Positions 33,992 to 42,513 of a stretch of DNA of 64,000 nucleotides are shown here, piece by piece. Every line of letters starts with the position of its first letter. The first letter of the stretch is position 1. The notes under the pieces are model-generated. The model ran no database searches and was not told the origin of the DNA. It saw only the letters and a program-made list of their open reading frames with translations. Made by a program: the position numbers and the translations under genes. This stretch comes from Planctomycetota bacterium (GTDB taxonomy: Bacteria; Planctomycetota; Planctomycetia; Pirellulales; UBA1268): contig JAGWWA010000004.1 of assembly GCA_018970605.1 (NCBI GenBank), positions 2,289 through 66,288 on the forward strand, given 5' to 3'.

Positions 33992-36298
33992 TCAGGTCTT
34001 TCGCCACATGCCCTCGAGTACCCGCAGAACGTCGATGGCACCGAGCCGCGGATCGAGTGCCGTGGTGGCGATGCCCGCCACCACGCGGGTGTGCTGGTGG
34101 TCGGTTGCATCGGCAACGGCCCACTCATCGCCGCGGCGACAGGTCACGTAGACGGAGAACGTTCGATGGCCGGTGCCGGGCCGCTCCCCCACCACGTGCA
34201 ACACCGCCCGCGGGCCGGAGAGCCCGCCGAACAGCCGCTCGCCAATCCGATAGCCGACGCGGACGCGGCCGGAGGTCACGAGCATCGCCCGCGGAGCGAG
34301 GCGGCGGCCAGCCGCGGCGACGCTGTCGTGCATCGCCGCCAGGAATGGGTCGAGTTGCGCAAGATCCATGATCGCCAGCGGATTGAGGCCGTCTGACACC
34401 ACCACCTGCACGTCGCAGCCCCCACGCTGCGCATCCCGCTCAGCATCGACGGCGGCCACCGACGCCTCCGCGAGCCGCTCGCCGGTGGTGGGATGGAGGA
34501 TGTAGTCTCGGCGGTCGGCCGACTCAGTGAACAGGGGGAGCGAACCCGCCTGCGACCGCCGGAAGGCATCGTCGAACTCCGCCCAGATGCTCTGCTTGGC
34601 GTCGGCGTAGATGCGGCGGATCGTGGTGTCGAGCGCCGGCTCCAGATCCTCCGGCCGACGACCGTGTCCCTCCGCGAGGAACACGCCCCGCTGCCGCACC
34701 TCCTTCATCTCGCGGCGGCCCTCCGCCCGGATGTCGTCATCGGTTCGGCGGTCGCCGACGGCCCGCTGATACTGCAGGTGCACCCAGCCGGGGTCACCAA
34801 AACGCGGTCCGGGGGCCCCCCCGGTGTCGAGGACCCCGAGCCGCTGGAAGAATCGCTCCATCCGCTCCTCGCCGCGGCAGCCAAACTGGCGGCGGAGCCG
34901 CACGTGGTCCTGAAAACCCGTGGTCAGGTAGCCGAGCATCGGATCGACCTTGGTGGGGAGGGCCATCAGGTACGCCGGCCGCGCGGGCAGCACCCGTTCC
35001 AGACACCAGTCGAGGTCGTCGAGCGAGACATCCATGTGGAGCGTGCCACAAACATCGAGGCCGATGCACAGTCCGTGCAGCTTGCCCATCACGAGATCCT
35101 CGAGGCAGCAGCGGACGAGTTGCTCTCGCGTGCGGAAGACCTCGGGCCCGATGAACCCCGCCACGTCGTTGACATGCACCCAGGGCTCGGCCCCACGGGC
35201 CCGCGCCACCCGGTGGGCCAACAGCCGCGCGAAGCCGTATTTCCGAGACTCATGCACCACCATGTCGACGCCCTGGGCGTGCCCATTGGTGAAGTCGGCT
35301 CCCTGCCCGGTCTCGAAATAAAGACCCCACGGCCCGCGGCGGGCATCGGCATGGCGAAGCATCTTGTCGAGCGTCAGGTCGAACGTGGCGTTGGCCGCGT
35401 CGCTACCCGCGATGCTCTGAAACCAGACGCCGGTCGTGCCGGGAGCGGCGGCGTCAACCTCGGCCTGGATGTCGATGTGCGAGAGCACGCAGTGGGGCAT
35501 TGTATCGGCAAGCCCAAAGGCCTCGAGCACGCCGCGCAGGGTGTCGGACACCGCCTTCACGCTCTCCGGCTCGCTCGACACCGGATTGGTTCCGAGCACC
35601 ACGTCGCCCACCCCGTAGGCCCAGCCATCAAAGACCTGCCAGCGAATGTCCAAGGGATTGTCGGTTGGGGAGTTGGGCTGAAGACGTGCGGCGAGGCATC
35701 CGCGGCTGCCGATCCGCGTGCCGGGGAGCGGATTGAAGATCGTGTCGCCCACGCGGACGAGTTGCTCGTCGTCCATCATCCGCACGACGCAGGCAATCAC
35801 GTCGCTGGAAAGACCGGGCATGATCGCCTTGATGTCGGCCTCGGGCCGAGTGAGCAGGAAGGCGGCGAGTTCACCGACCGTCCATTCCGCCGTCCGCTCC
35901 CGAGCCGCCGGGTCGAGATCGGCCGCAAGCGCGGCGGACAGCCCGTCGGAGAAAGGGGGGTGCGAGTCGATGTCCCGCAGCCGCGTCCGCCCGAGCAGTT
36001 CGCGGGCCGCCTGCCGCGCCGCCTCGTTCGGGGCGGCGACGCCGATCAGTTCGTCGCCCTCCTTGAACGCGTTTGCATGGCCCAGGAGCTGCGTGAAGAG
36101 CCGCTGATCCCATCCCCCCGAGAGCCGCGCGACGTGACCGATCAGGTCGTCGAGGGCCGCGACCTCGGCCATGGAGGAACGGATCGAGGCGGCGGCAACT
36201 CCGGAGAGAAACATGCGTCGACTTATGCCATCCATGACGGGTTGAGGAGTCCGTGGGGTGCGATGCGGCGTGTCGCTGAGGGGCGGTCTGGGAACCAT
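33992..36298 (-). CDS. eutBC: fused ethanolamine ammonia-lyase large+small subunit (EutB-EutC) with twin-arginine-like leader
   Basis: EutB pattern (GDELIGVAA, VLGTNPVSSEP, YFETGQGADFTNGH, NDVAGFIGPEVF), continuing in frame into the EutC pattern (VVVSDGLNPLA, HVVGERPGTG). Start chosen at ATG 36298 (GGAGAAG 5 nt upstream). Alternatives are 36235 and 36172. The leader contains SRRMFLSGVAAASIRSSMA. Confidence 0.85.
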   Translation of the reverse strand: MVPRPPLSDTPHRTPRTPQPVMDGISRRMFLSGVAAASIRSSMAEVAALDDLIGHVARLSGGWDQRLFTQLLGHANAFKEGDELIGVAAPNEAARQAARELLGRTRLRDIDSHPPFSDGLSAALAADLDPAARERTAEWTVGELAAFLLTRPEADIKAIMPGLSSDVIACVVRMMDDEQLVRVGDTIFNPLPGTRIGSRGCLAARLQPNSPTDNPLDIRWQVFDGWAYGVGDVVLGTNPVSSEPESVKAVSDTLRGVLEAFGLADTMPHCVLSHIDIQAEVDAAAPGTTGVWFQSIAGSDAANATFDLTLDKMLRHADARRGPWGLYFETGQGADFTNGHAQGVDMVVHESRKYGFARLLAHRVARARGAEPWVHVNDVAGFIGPEVFRTREQLVRCCLEDLVMGKLHGLCIGLDVCGTLHMDVSLDDLDWCLERVLPARPAYLMALPTKVDPMLGYLTTGFQDHVRLRRQFGCRGEERMERFFQRLGVLDTGGAPGPRFGDPGWVHLQYQRAVGDRRTDDDIRAEGRREMKEVRQRGVFLAEGHGRRPEDLEPALDTTIRRIYADAKQSIWAEFDDAFRRSQAGSLPLFTESADRRDYILHPTTGERLAEASVAAVDAERDAQRGGCDVQVVVSDGLNPLAIMDLAQLDPFLAAMHDSVAAAGRRLAPRAMLVTSGRVRVGYRIGERLFGGLSGPRAVLHVVGERPGTGHRTFSVYVTCRRGDEWAVADATDHQHTRVVAGIATTALDPRLGAIDVLRVLEGMWRKT

Positions 36299-36350
36299 GG
36301 TACTTCTCCGAGAGCGGTGTTCGGTAGTCGTTGGGTCATGAGCGATCTTC

Positions 36351-38540
36351 TCAGTCGTCAGCGAGGAACCCGTGGTACCTCCCCATGTGCCAGGGGAGGA
36401 GGAAGACCGTGCCACTGGCGAGTTCGCGACCGTCGCCTCCTTGGTCGAAGCACCACGGGTCGACATTCCAGTGGGCGAAGTTCCGCTCGTCGACGGGGAG
36501 CACCTTCCCGTCGACACCGTGGCCGCGCGGCACGTGGTCGGGGCGACCTGGATCGATCGACTGGGCCGCCGCCAGCCGCACGAGATCGAGCCGGTGGGCG
36601 TTGGTATGACGCCACTGGCAACGGTCGAGGGGGAGGAGCACCAGGGCATCGATCGAGTCATCGAGCCAGTCGGCCCCGCCCAGCGCATCCGGGGCCGACG
36701 GATCGAAGGGGCCGTCCGCCCCCGCCTCCCGCGCAGCCGCCGCGAAGGCGAAGTGAAAGAAGGGATTCCGCTCCGGACGCTCGAGGAGCCAGCAACGGTG
36801 GAAGGCGCCGAGGTAGGCCCGCCGCAGGCCGGGATCGGACGTGTAGCGAACGAGATGGTAGAGATTCATGAACGCCATCTCGTCGTCCGACTGGTTGCCG
36901 GAACCAATGCCGAGCTGAAACTTCAATGAGAGGGCATTGGCGTCGTAGGCATGGTCGCGACGGAGGGCCTCCGCGGCCGCCTCGTAGCGATCATCGCCGG
37001 TGACGTGTGCGGCGATCGCGAGGTAGGCGAGGATGCTCATTGAGTTGAGCCCGCGTTCCACCTCCCAACGCCGGTCGTGATTGAGCGCGGCGGGAGAATA
37101 CTCACCCCACCGAGTGACGCGGCCGTCGTGGTCGACGAGGCGGAAGCCATGGCCGACGAGGTGATCGGTGAGCCTGGCCACGGCCGTGCACACCGCACGC
37201 TTTTCCTCGCCCGACTCGGCGACGTGATCGTGATACAGGGCGAAGAAGAAGTAGTGGCCGTCGAGTTCGTCGGAACTCGTGTCGGCCTTCCACCACCAGC
37301 GGCCGTCGGCCGACTTCGGCCAGCGGGGCTCAAGCATCTTCCAGTGTGGGTCAGTCTCACGTGACTGACCGTCGCGGGCCTCTTGGCCGATGTTCGGGTC
37401 GGGCCCGTCGCCGGGGAGGACGGTCCGAGCCGGAAAGCCGAGGGACGGAGCGTGCTCGCCCCCCTGCGTCACATCCTGGAGGAACGTCAGCGCCCGCAAG
37501 ACCCGGTCGGCCCGGCGTTTCGCATCAGCCGAGCGGTCGTGGGCGTAGGCGAAGCACTGCGCCGCGCCATACATCGCCGTCCACAGCCCGTCGTTGTCGC
37601 TGTCGATGCGGCGCGCCGTCGAGGTGTCGCCCGGAACGGTGAGATCGGCCGTGGCCACGAATCCGTGCTCGGTGCGGGAGATCGACTCGTCGATGATCGC
37701 TTCGTAGTGCCTTGACTTGTCGGCGAGCGTCATTGGCCGTGCCGTGATCCAGCCAACGCCGCCGTCGGTGGCGACGACGACATCGCCGTTGGCCGCGACG
37801 GCAAGGTCGTGGACGACATCGCCAGGCAGCCAGCCGGGGCCCTGCCGGTAGCGAAAGCGGGTGCCCGACCACTCAACCGCACCGATCTTCGACCCGAACC
37901 ACACCGTGCCGTCGGGGGCCGACGCCACGACAGAGAAATCGGCCACCGGCAGCCCTTCGGCGCCGGTGAAAAACTCCCAGTCGTCTCCGTCGCGCCGCGC
38001 GACGCCCGCCGGCGTGGCAACCACGAGCCGACCGTTCGTGTCGTAGGCCACTCCGCGAGTGTCGCCCACCCCCCACACCAGTCCCCGCTCGTCAAGGGGC
38101 GCAAGACGCTGCCATGATCCACCCGCGACCCGCTCGAACAATCCTTCCGAAGTGGCCGCCGCTACAGTGCCGTCGCTGCATCGGGCGAGCTGGCGGACAT
38201 CCGCTCCCGGTGCGAGCAGGGGCACCCGCTCACCGCCGTCGCGGGGGGGAGCCGCGACGGAAGCCGACGCAAACCGGCCGGAGACCAGACGGAACGTTGT
38301 CGTGCCGTCGCCGACGTGAACGTCGCCGTCGTTTCCGATCCATGTTCGCCGGGGGAGGAAACCGGGCGGAAGTCCGGGGGGCAGGTTTCGATGCTCGGGC
38401 ACAAGTTGCACGAACCGGCCGACGCGACGCGGTGCCGCCGTTTCGACGCCACCCGCATTGGTGGGCACGGCCACCACGACCATTGTCAGCAATCGTGCGA
38501 GCCACGTGGCTGACACCTTTTTTCGATGGAGTCGGTTCAT
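36351..38540 (-). CDS. hypothetical secreted/anchored protein: beta-propeller-like N-half, helical (possibly alpha/alpha-toroid) C-half
   Basis: The ATG 38540 overlaps the MFS stop (ATGA). N-terminal anchor ATWLARLLTMVVVAVP. Repeated GxVxxAT/DG..W blades, and a Trp/His-rich C-half (RWWWKADTSSDELDGHYFFFALYHD). I recognise no family. Confidence 0.65.
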   Translation of the reverse strand: MNRLHRKKVSATWLARLLTMVVVAVPTNAGGVETAAPRRVGRFVQLVPEHRNLPPGLPPGFLPRRTWIGNDGDVHVGDGTTTFRLVSGRFASASVAAPPRDGGERVPLLAPGADVRQLARCSDGTVAAATSEGLFERVAGGSWQRLAPLDERGLVWGVGDTRGVAYDTNGRLVVATPAGVARRDGDDWEFFTGAEGLPVADFSVVASAPDGTVWFGSKIGAVEWSGTRFRYRQGPGWLPGDVVHDLAVAANGDVVVATDGGVGWITARPMTLADKSRHYEAIIDESISRTEHGFVATADLTVPGDTSTARRIDSDNDGLWTAMYGAAQCFAYAHDRSADAKRRADRVLRALTFLQDVTQGGEHAPSLGFPARTVLPGDGPDPNIGQEARDGQSRETDPHWKMLEPRWPKSADGRWWWKADTSSDELDGHYFFFALYHDHVAESGEEKRAVCTAVARLTDHLVGHGFRLVDHDGRVTRWGEYSPAALNHDRRWEVERGLNSMSILAYLAIAAHVTGDDRYEAAAEALRRDHAYDANALSLKFQLGIGSGNQSDDEMAFMNLYHLVRYTSDPGLRRAYLGAFHRCWLLERPERNPFFHFAFAAAAREAGADGPFDPSAPDALGGADWLDDSIDALVLLPLDRCQWRHTNAHRLDLVRLAAAQSIDPGRPDHVPRGHGVDGKVLPVDERNFAHWNVDPWCFDQGGDGRELASGTVFLLPWHMGRYHGFLADD

Positions 38541-39859
38541 GGGCGACGCGCCTGCGGCGGCAGTCGGTTCCAGAGCGGCGCGACGGCCGCTCCGGCGAAC
38601 ACGAGCCCGACGGCGAGCACGAGGAAGATCGTGTTCCAGGGCGTCTGGCCGTCGGCAGTTGTCGAGGCCACGAGGCCCGGGAGTGTGCCGCCGATGACGC
38701 CACCGAGCGAGCCGCAGCCATTGATCATGCCGGCCGCCGTCGCGGCGCCCCGTCGCGTGCCGAAGTCGATTGCCGCCGCGCCGCTGGCGAGCGAGTCGGG
38801 GATGTAGACGAGCAGGCCGATCACGAACAGCATCGCCCCCACCGCCCACCGCGTCGGCGGCATCCAGGGCAGGGCGGCCAGCGCGACGCCGGCCGCCACG
38901 AGCGTGACCGCCATCACGGGAAACCGCCGCGTGCCGAACAGCCGGTCACTCGCCCAGCCACCTGCGATGATCCCCACGGGGCCGGCCAAGTCGAAGAGCC
39001 CGCCAAGGATGCCGCTCTCGGCGACTCCCGTGCCAAGCCGCTCGCTCAGATACACGGGCGACCAGAACATGAGCAGATAGCGGAGCGGCTTGACGAGGAG
39101 ATAGACGAACGAGATCACCAGCACCGTCGGCGACGTCACGACGTCCAGAATCGTCCGCCACGCCCCCTCCGGCTCGTCGGCGACCCGCTCACCCTCGACG
39201 ATCACCGACTCGGCTTCGCCCGCTGCCTGCTCCGGCGATGGGAGCCCCACGTCCTCCGGCCTGTCGGCCTGCAGAATCGCAAACGCCACGCAGATGGCCG
39301 CGAGGATGCCCGCCGGCACGAAGAAGGCCATCCGCCAGCCACCGTGCTCCGCGGCCAGGCCCGCCACGACGCCCGCGATCATCCCGCCGAGCGCGAAGTT
39401 CGTGCACCACAGCCCCATCACTCGGCCCCGCACCCACCTCGGAAAAAACTCCCCCATGTTCTTCGTGAGCGGCGCCCAGCCACTCGACTGGAACACACCC
39501 TGGAGCGCAAAGAGCACACCGAGCCACGCGGCCGTCGCGGCGGAGCCCATGGCGACGGCCACCGCCACGCTCCCCGCCATACCCGCAAGGACGACCCGGC
39601 GAGTTCCAACCCGGTCGCCAAGCACGCCCCAGAGAAACTGCCCAGCCGCGTAGGCGATGAGATACCCGCCATCGACGGCGGCGAGCGTCTCCGTCGAGAG
39701 CCCCCACACCTCGGGCTTCTTGAGTTCGATCTTCGCCACCGACAAGCTTTTTCGCGTCAGGTAGAAGCCGGCGTAGGCAAGCCACGTGATCGCGAAAATG
39801 CGAATTTGCCAGGCCTTCAGCGAGGTCGTCCGGCCGCGGCGCAGCACCTCGCTCGTCAT
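38537..39859 (-). CDS. MFS transporter, organophosphate:Pi antiporter (GlpT/UhpC) type
   Basis: The ATG 39859 overlaps the ADH stop (ATGA). WQIRIFAITWLAYAGFYLTRKSLSVAK, GDRVGTRR, QGVFQSSGWAPLTKNMGEFFP are typical OPA-family motifs. About 12 TM segments. Confidence 0.87.
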   Translation of the reverse strand: MTSEVLRRGRTTSLKAWQIRIFAITWLAYAGFYLTRKSLSVAKIELKKPEVWGLSTETLAAVDGGYLIAYAAGQFLWGVLGDRVGTRRVVLAGMAGSVAVAVAMGSAATAAWLGVLFALQGVFQSSGWAPLTKNMGEFFPRWVRGRVMGLWCTNFALGGMIAGVVAGLAAEHGGWRMAFFVPAGILAAICVAFAILQADRPEDVGLPSPEQAAGEAESVIVEGERVADEPEGAWRTILDVVTSPTVLVISFVYLLVKPLRYLLMFWSPVYLSERLGTGVAESGILGGLFDLAGPVGIIAGGWASDRLFGTRRFPVMAVTLVAAGVALAALPWMPPTRWAVGAMLFVIGLLVYIPDSLASGAAAIDFGTRRGAATAAGMINGCGSLGGVIGGTLPGLVASTTADGQTPWNTIFLVLAVGLVFAGAAVAPLWNRLPPQARRP

Positions 39860-40971
39860 GGCGTCACGACTACGCGGACGGCGGTGCCGGCGGCCGCCAT
39901 GACCAGCGCCTCGTCGATCGCATCGAGCGGCATCACAGGACCGACGAGTGAGGCAAGGCCGGCGCCCGCCGGCGAAGCGAGATGGCTGACGGCCGCAGCA
40001 AGATCTTCGGGCCGGTAGTTGTGGACGCCACGGATCGTCGCCTGCCGACGAACAATCCGCTCGGGATCGCAGGCCGCGCTTCCGACCGGCGCCACCGTGC
40101 CCGCGAGCACGCACGTGCCACCGGTGGCGATCAGTCGCATCGCGGCCTCGACCGTCGCGACCGAGCCCCCCGCGTCAACCACCACATCGGCGCCGTCGGC
40201 CACAAGCATGCCCGTCACGAGATGCTCGAGCCCGGCCTCGTTGCCCGACCAGGGCACTGTGTTCGCCTGCGGCGCGGCCGCGGCCAGAAGGTCGAGTCGC
40301 TCCGGCCTGGAATCGACGACAGTCACCGAGGCCGCACCGCGTGCCGTTGCCAGACTCGCAACCGATAGGCCAAGCATTCCCGCGCCGAGCACGACCACGG
40401 ACCGACCGTGGAGATCTCCGGCGACCCGAAGCGCAGCCGCCGCGGTCGCCACGGCGCAGCTCGCGGGCGCAGCCGCGACGGCCGTGAGTCCAGCCGGCAG
40501 CCGCACGATCGCCGTGCCGGGCCGCAGCACCACATGACTGGCAAAGCCGCCCGCCAGGGAATGCTCGTCGTTCGCCGCATGGCCATACTTGAAGAGCTGC
40601 CGGCACTTCTGCGGCAGGCCTCCGCGGCAGCGGTCGCACTCGCCGCATGAGGCACACACGCTCCAGGTGATCTGCTGGCCGGCCGTGATGGTCTCCCCGA
40701 CGACGTCCACGACGTCGGGTCCGGCCCCGACCGCAACGACGGTGCCCGTGATCTCGTGGCCGAGGATTGCCGGCAGCGGGTGCGGCCGTCGGCCATGGGC
40801 CGTATGCAGATCGCTGCCGCAGACCGCGCAGGCGTCAATGCGCACGAGCACTTCCCGTTCGCCGAGCGGCGGCACCGGCACATCGCGCAGTTCCAGCGAA
40901 CCACCGGGCCGCGTCAGCAGGGCGACACGCGCCGTCGCCACCGCTCGTTCAGCCGTCTCAAGCATCCGCAT
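39856..40971 (-). CDS. Zn-dependent alcohol dehydrogenase (MDR), phosphonate-catabolism-associated type
   Basis: Start at ATG 40971 (MRMLETAE). CAVCGSDLH, GHEITG, structural-zinc Cys cluster CASCGECDRCRGG, Rossmann VVVLGAGMLG. The context matches the ADH family that co-occurs with phnX (TIGR03366-like). Confidence 0.83.
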   Translation of the reverse strand: MRMLETAERAVATARVALLTRPGGSLELRDVPVPPLGEREVLVRIDACAVCGSDLHTAHGRRPHPLPAILGHEITGTVVAVGAGPDVVDVVGETITAGQQITWSVCASCGECDRCRGGLPQKCRQLFKYGHAANDEHSLAGGFASHVVLRPGTAIVRLPAGLTAVAAAPASCAVATAAAALRVAGDLHGRSVVVLGAGMLGLSVASLATARGAASVTVVDSRPERLDLLAAAAPQANTVPWSGNEAGLEHLVTGMLVADGADVVVDAGGSVATVEAAMRLIATGGTCVLAGTVAPVGSAACDPERIVRRQATIRGVHNYRPEDLAAAVSHLASPAGAGLASLVGPVMPLDAIDEALVMAAAGTAVRVVVTP

Positions 40972-41012
40972 GGTCTCCCTGCCGCAATCGTCCGTCGTGC
41001 GAGCGATCACCA

Positions 41013-41038
41013 CGCACCGACGGCATTATGTCGGTGCG
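41013..41038. promoter_or_regulatory. Perfect 9-bp inverted repeat CGCACCGAC-N8-GTCGGTGCG in the divergent promoter region
   Basis: Seen directly. It lies between the ADH-MFS operon start (40971) and the PhnZ-like/phnX operon start (41140). The operator role is an inference. Confidence 0.3.
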
Positions 41039-41139
41039 CCGATTGCTTCCAGCGACGCTCATGGAAAACTGACATTCCGCCCCTGGGCGGCTCGCTACAC
41101 TCGCCGACTCACGGCCGGCCAACTCTCGGAAGCTGAAGC

Positions 41140-41721
41140 ATGACCACGAACACGGACGATCCGGTGGCGGCGATTATGAGGCTGTTCGCGGAGAAGGGCG
41201 ACTCAGAATACGGCGGCGAGTCGGTGAACCAGCGGGAGCACGCCCTCCAGGCGGCAACCTGCGCGCTTCGCGACGGCGCCGACGACCCGCTCGTCGTGGC
41301 CGCACTACTCCACGACCTCGGCCACATGCTCCACGACCTGCCCGACGACGCTCCGGAGGAGGGCATCGACGACGCCCACGAAGTGACCGCCGCCCGGAAA
41401 CTCGCTCCGTGGTTCGACACCGACGTCACGGAGCCCGTTCGGCTCCATGTCGATGCCAAGCGGTATCTCACCGGCACGGAGCCGGCGTACATGGAGCAAC
41501 TGAGCCCGCCGAGCGTCACGAGCCTGATGCTGCAGGGCGGCCCGATGGACGCCGCGGCCCAGGAGGAGTTTCGCCGCAATCCCCACTGGGAGGCGGCGGT
41601 ACGACTCCGACGCTGGGACGACGAAGCGAAAGTGGAGGGGGCGGAGACGCCGACCGTTGACGAGTTCATCCCGCTCATCCGCGGCGTCGTCCGGCCGGAG
41701 TTTCGCGGGGCCTCCACCTGA
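41140..41721 (+). CDS. HD-domain protein of the phosphonate-degradation-associated (PhnZ-like) type
   Basis: GESVNQREHALQAATCA...VVAALLHDLGHML (H...HD) and later DAKRYL / RRWDDEAK match the HD family linked to phosphonate operons (TIGR03276-like). Confidence 0.72.
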   Translation: MTTNTDDPVAAIMRLFAEKGDSEYGGESVNQREHALQAATCALRDGADDPLVVAALLHDLGHMLHDLPDDAPEEGIDDAHEVTAARKLAPWFDTDVTEPVRLHVDAKRYLTGTEPAYMEQLSPPSVTSLMLQGGPMDAAAQEEFRRNPHWEAAVRLRRWDDEAKVEGAETPTVDEFIPLIRGVVRPEFRGAST

Positions 41722-41724
41722 GCC

Positions 41725-42513
41725 ATGACGACGCCCATCCGCCTCGTCGTCGCCGATCTCGCGGGCACCACGATCGACTTTGGCTCGTGTGCCCCGGCCG
41801 GTGTATTCGTCGATCTCTTGGCCCGCCATGGCGTGGCGATCACCGCCGCGGAGGCCCGCGGCCCGATGGGCACGGCCAAGCGGGACCACATCGCGGCCCT
41901 CGCGGCTCTGCCTCGGGTGGCAGCCGCCTGGGCGACGGCCCACGGGCGGCCCTTCACTGAGGCGGATCTCGACGAACTCTACGCTGAGTTCATTCCGCTC
42001 CAACTTGCCTCGCTTCCCGCGTTCGACGCCCTGATCCCGGGCACGCTCGAGGCGGTCGCGGTGTTGCGGCAGGCGGGCCTCGCCGTCGCCGTCACGACCG
42101 GATACGACGCTGCCATGACGGCGGTGGTGCTGGAGGGCTGCCGGCGGCAGGGCTTTCTTCCGGACGCGGCCGTCTGCGCCACCGAGGTCGCGGCGGGACG
42201 TCCAGCGCCCTGGATGATCTTCCGAGCGATGGAGAAGACTGGGATCTGGCCGCCGTCAGCGGTCGTCGCCGTGGGCGACACGCTGGCCGACGTCGAGGCC
42301 GCCCGGAATGCCGGGGTCTGGGCGGTCGGAGTCACCGCGACCGGCAACATGCTCGGGCTCTCGCGGGCGGAACACGACGCGCTCGAGCCCGGCCGCCGGG
42401 CCGACCTGCTCATCGCGGCCGCGGAGCGAATGCTTGCCGCCGGTGCGCATGCGACGATCTCCGGCATTGGCGATCTGACTGCACTGCTGCCGCGCCTCGG
42501 GGACGTGCCGTGA
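41725..42513 (+). CDS. phnX: phosphonoacetaldehyde hydrolase (phosphonatase)
   Basis: HAD motif I with the PhnX signature VVADLAGTTIDFGSCAP, GPMGTAKRDHI (catalytic Lys region), TTGY, VGDTLADVEAARNAGVWAVGV. Confidence 0.9.
   Translation: MTTPIRLVVADLAGTTIDFGSCAPAGVFVDLLARHGVAITAAEARGPMGTAKRDHIAALAALPRVAAAWATAHGRPFTEADLDELYAEFIPLQLASLPAFDALIPGTLEAVAVLRQAGLAVAVTTGYDAAMTAVVLEGCRRQGFLPDAAVCATEVAAGRPAPWMIFRAMEKTGIWPPSAVVAVGDTLADVEAARNAGVWAVGVTATGNMLGLSRAEHDALEPGRRADLLIAAAERMLAAGAHATISGIGDLTALLPRLGDVP

Noticed and set aside
36172-36235. EutBC N-terminal amphipathic segment as a bacterial-microcompartment encapsulation peptide
   Set aside because: No shell (BMC-H/P) genes or other eut/pdu microcompartment genes occur in the window, and the segment is preceded by an RR-containing hydrophobic leader. 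It is kept only as an alternative inside the Tat-leader finding.
36299-36688. N-terminal extension of the eutBC ORF to 36688
   Set aside because: It overlaps the 3' end of the upstream gene (stop at 36351) in another frame and is Ser/Thr/Pro/Arg-rich. ATG 36298 has a GGAGAAG ribosome-binding site.
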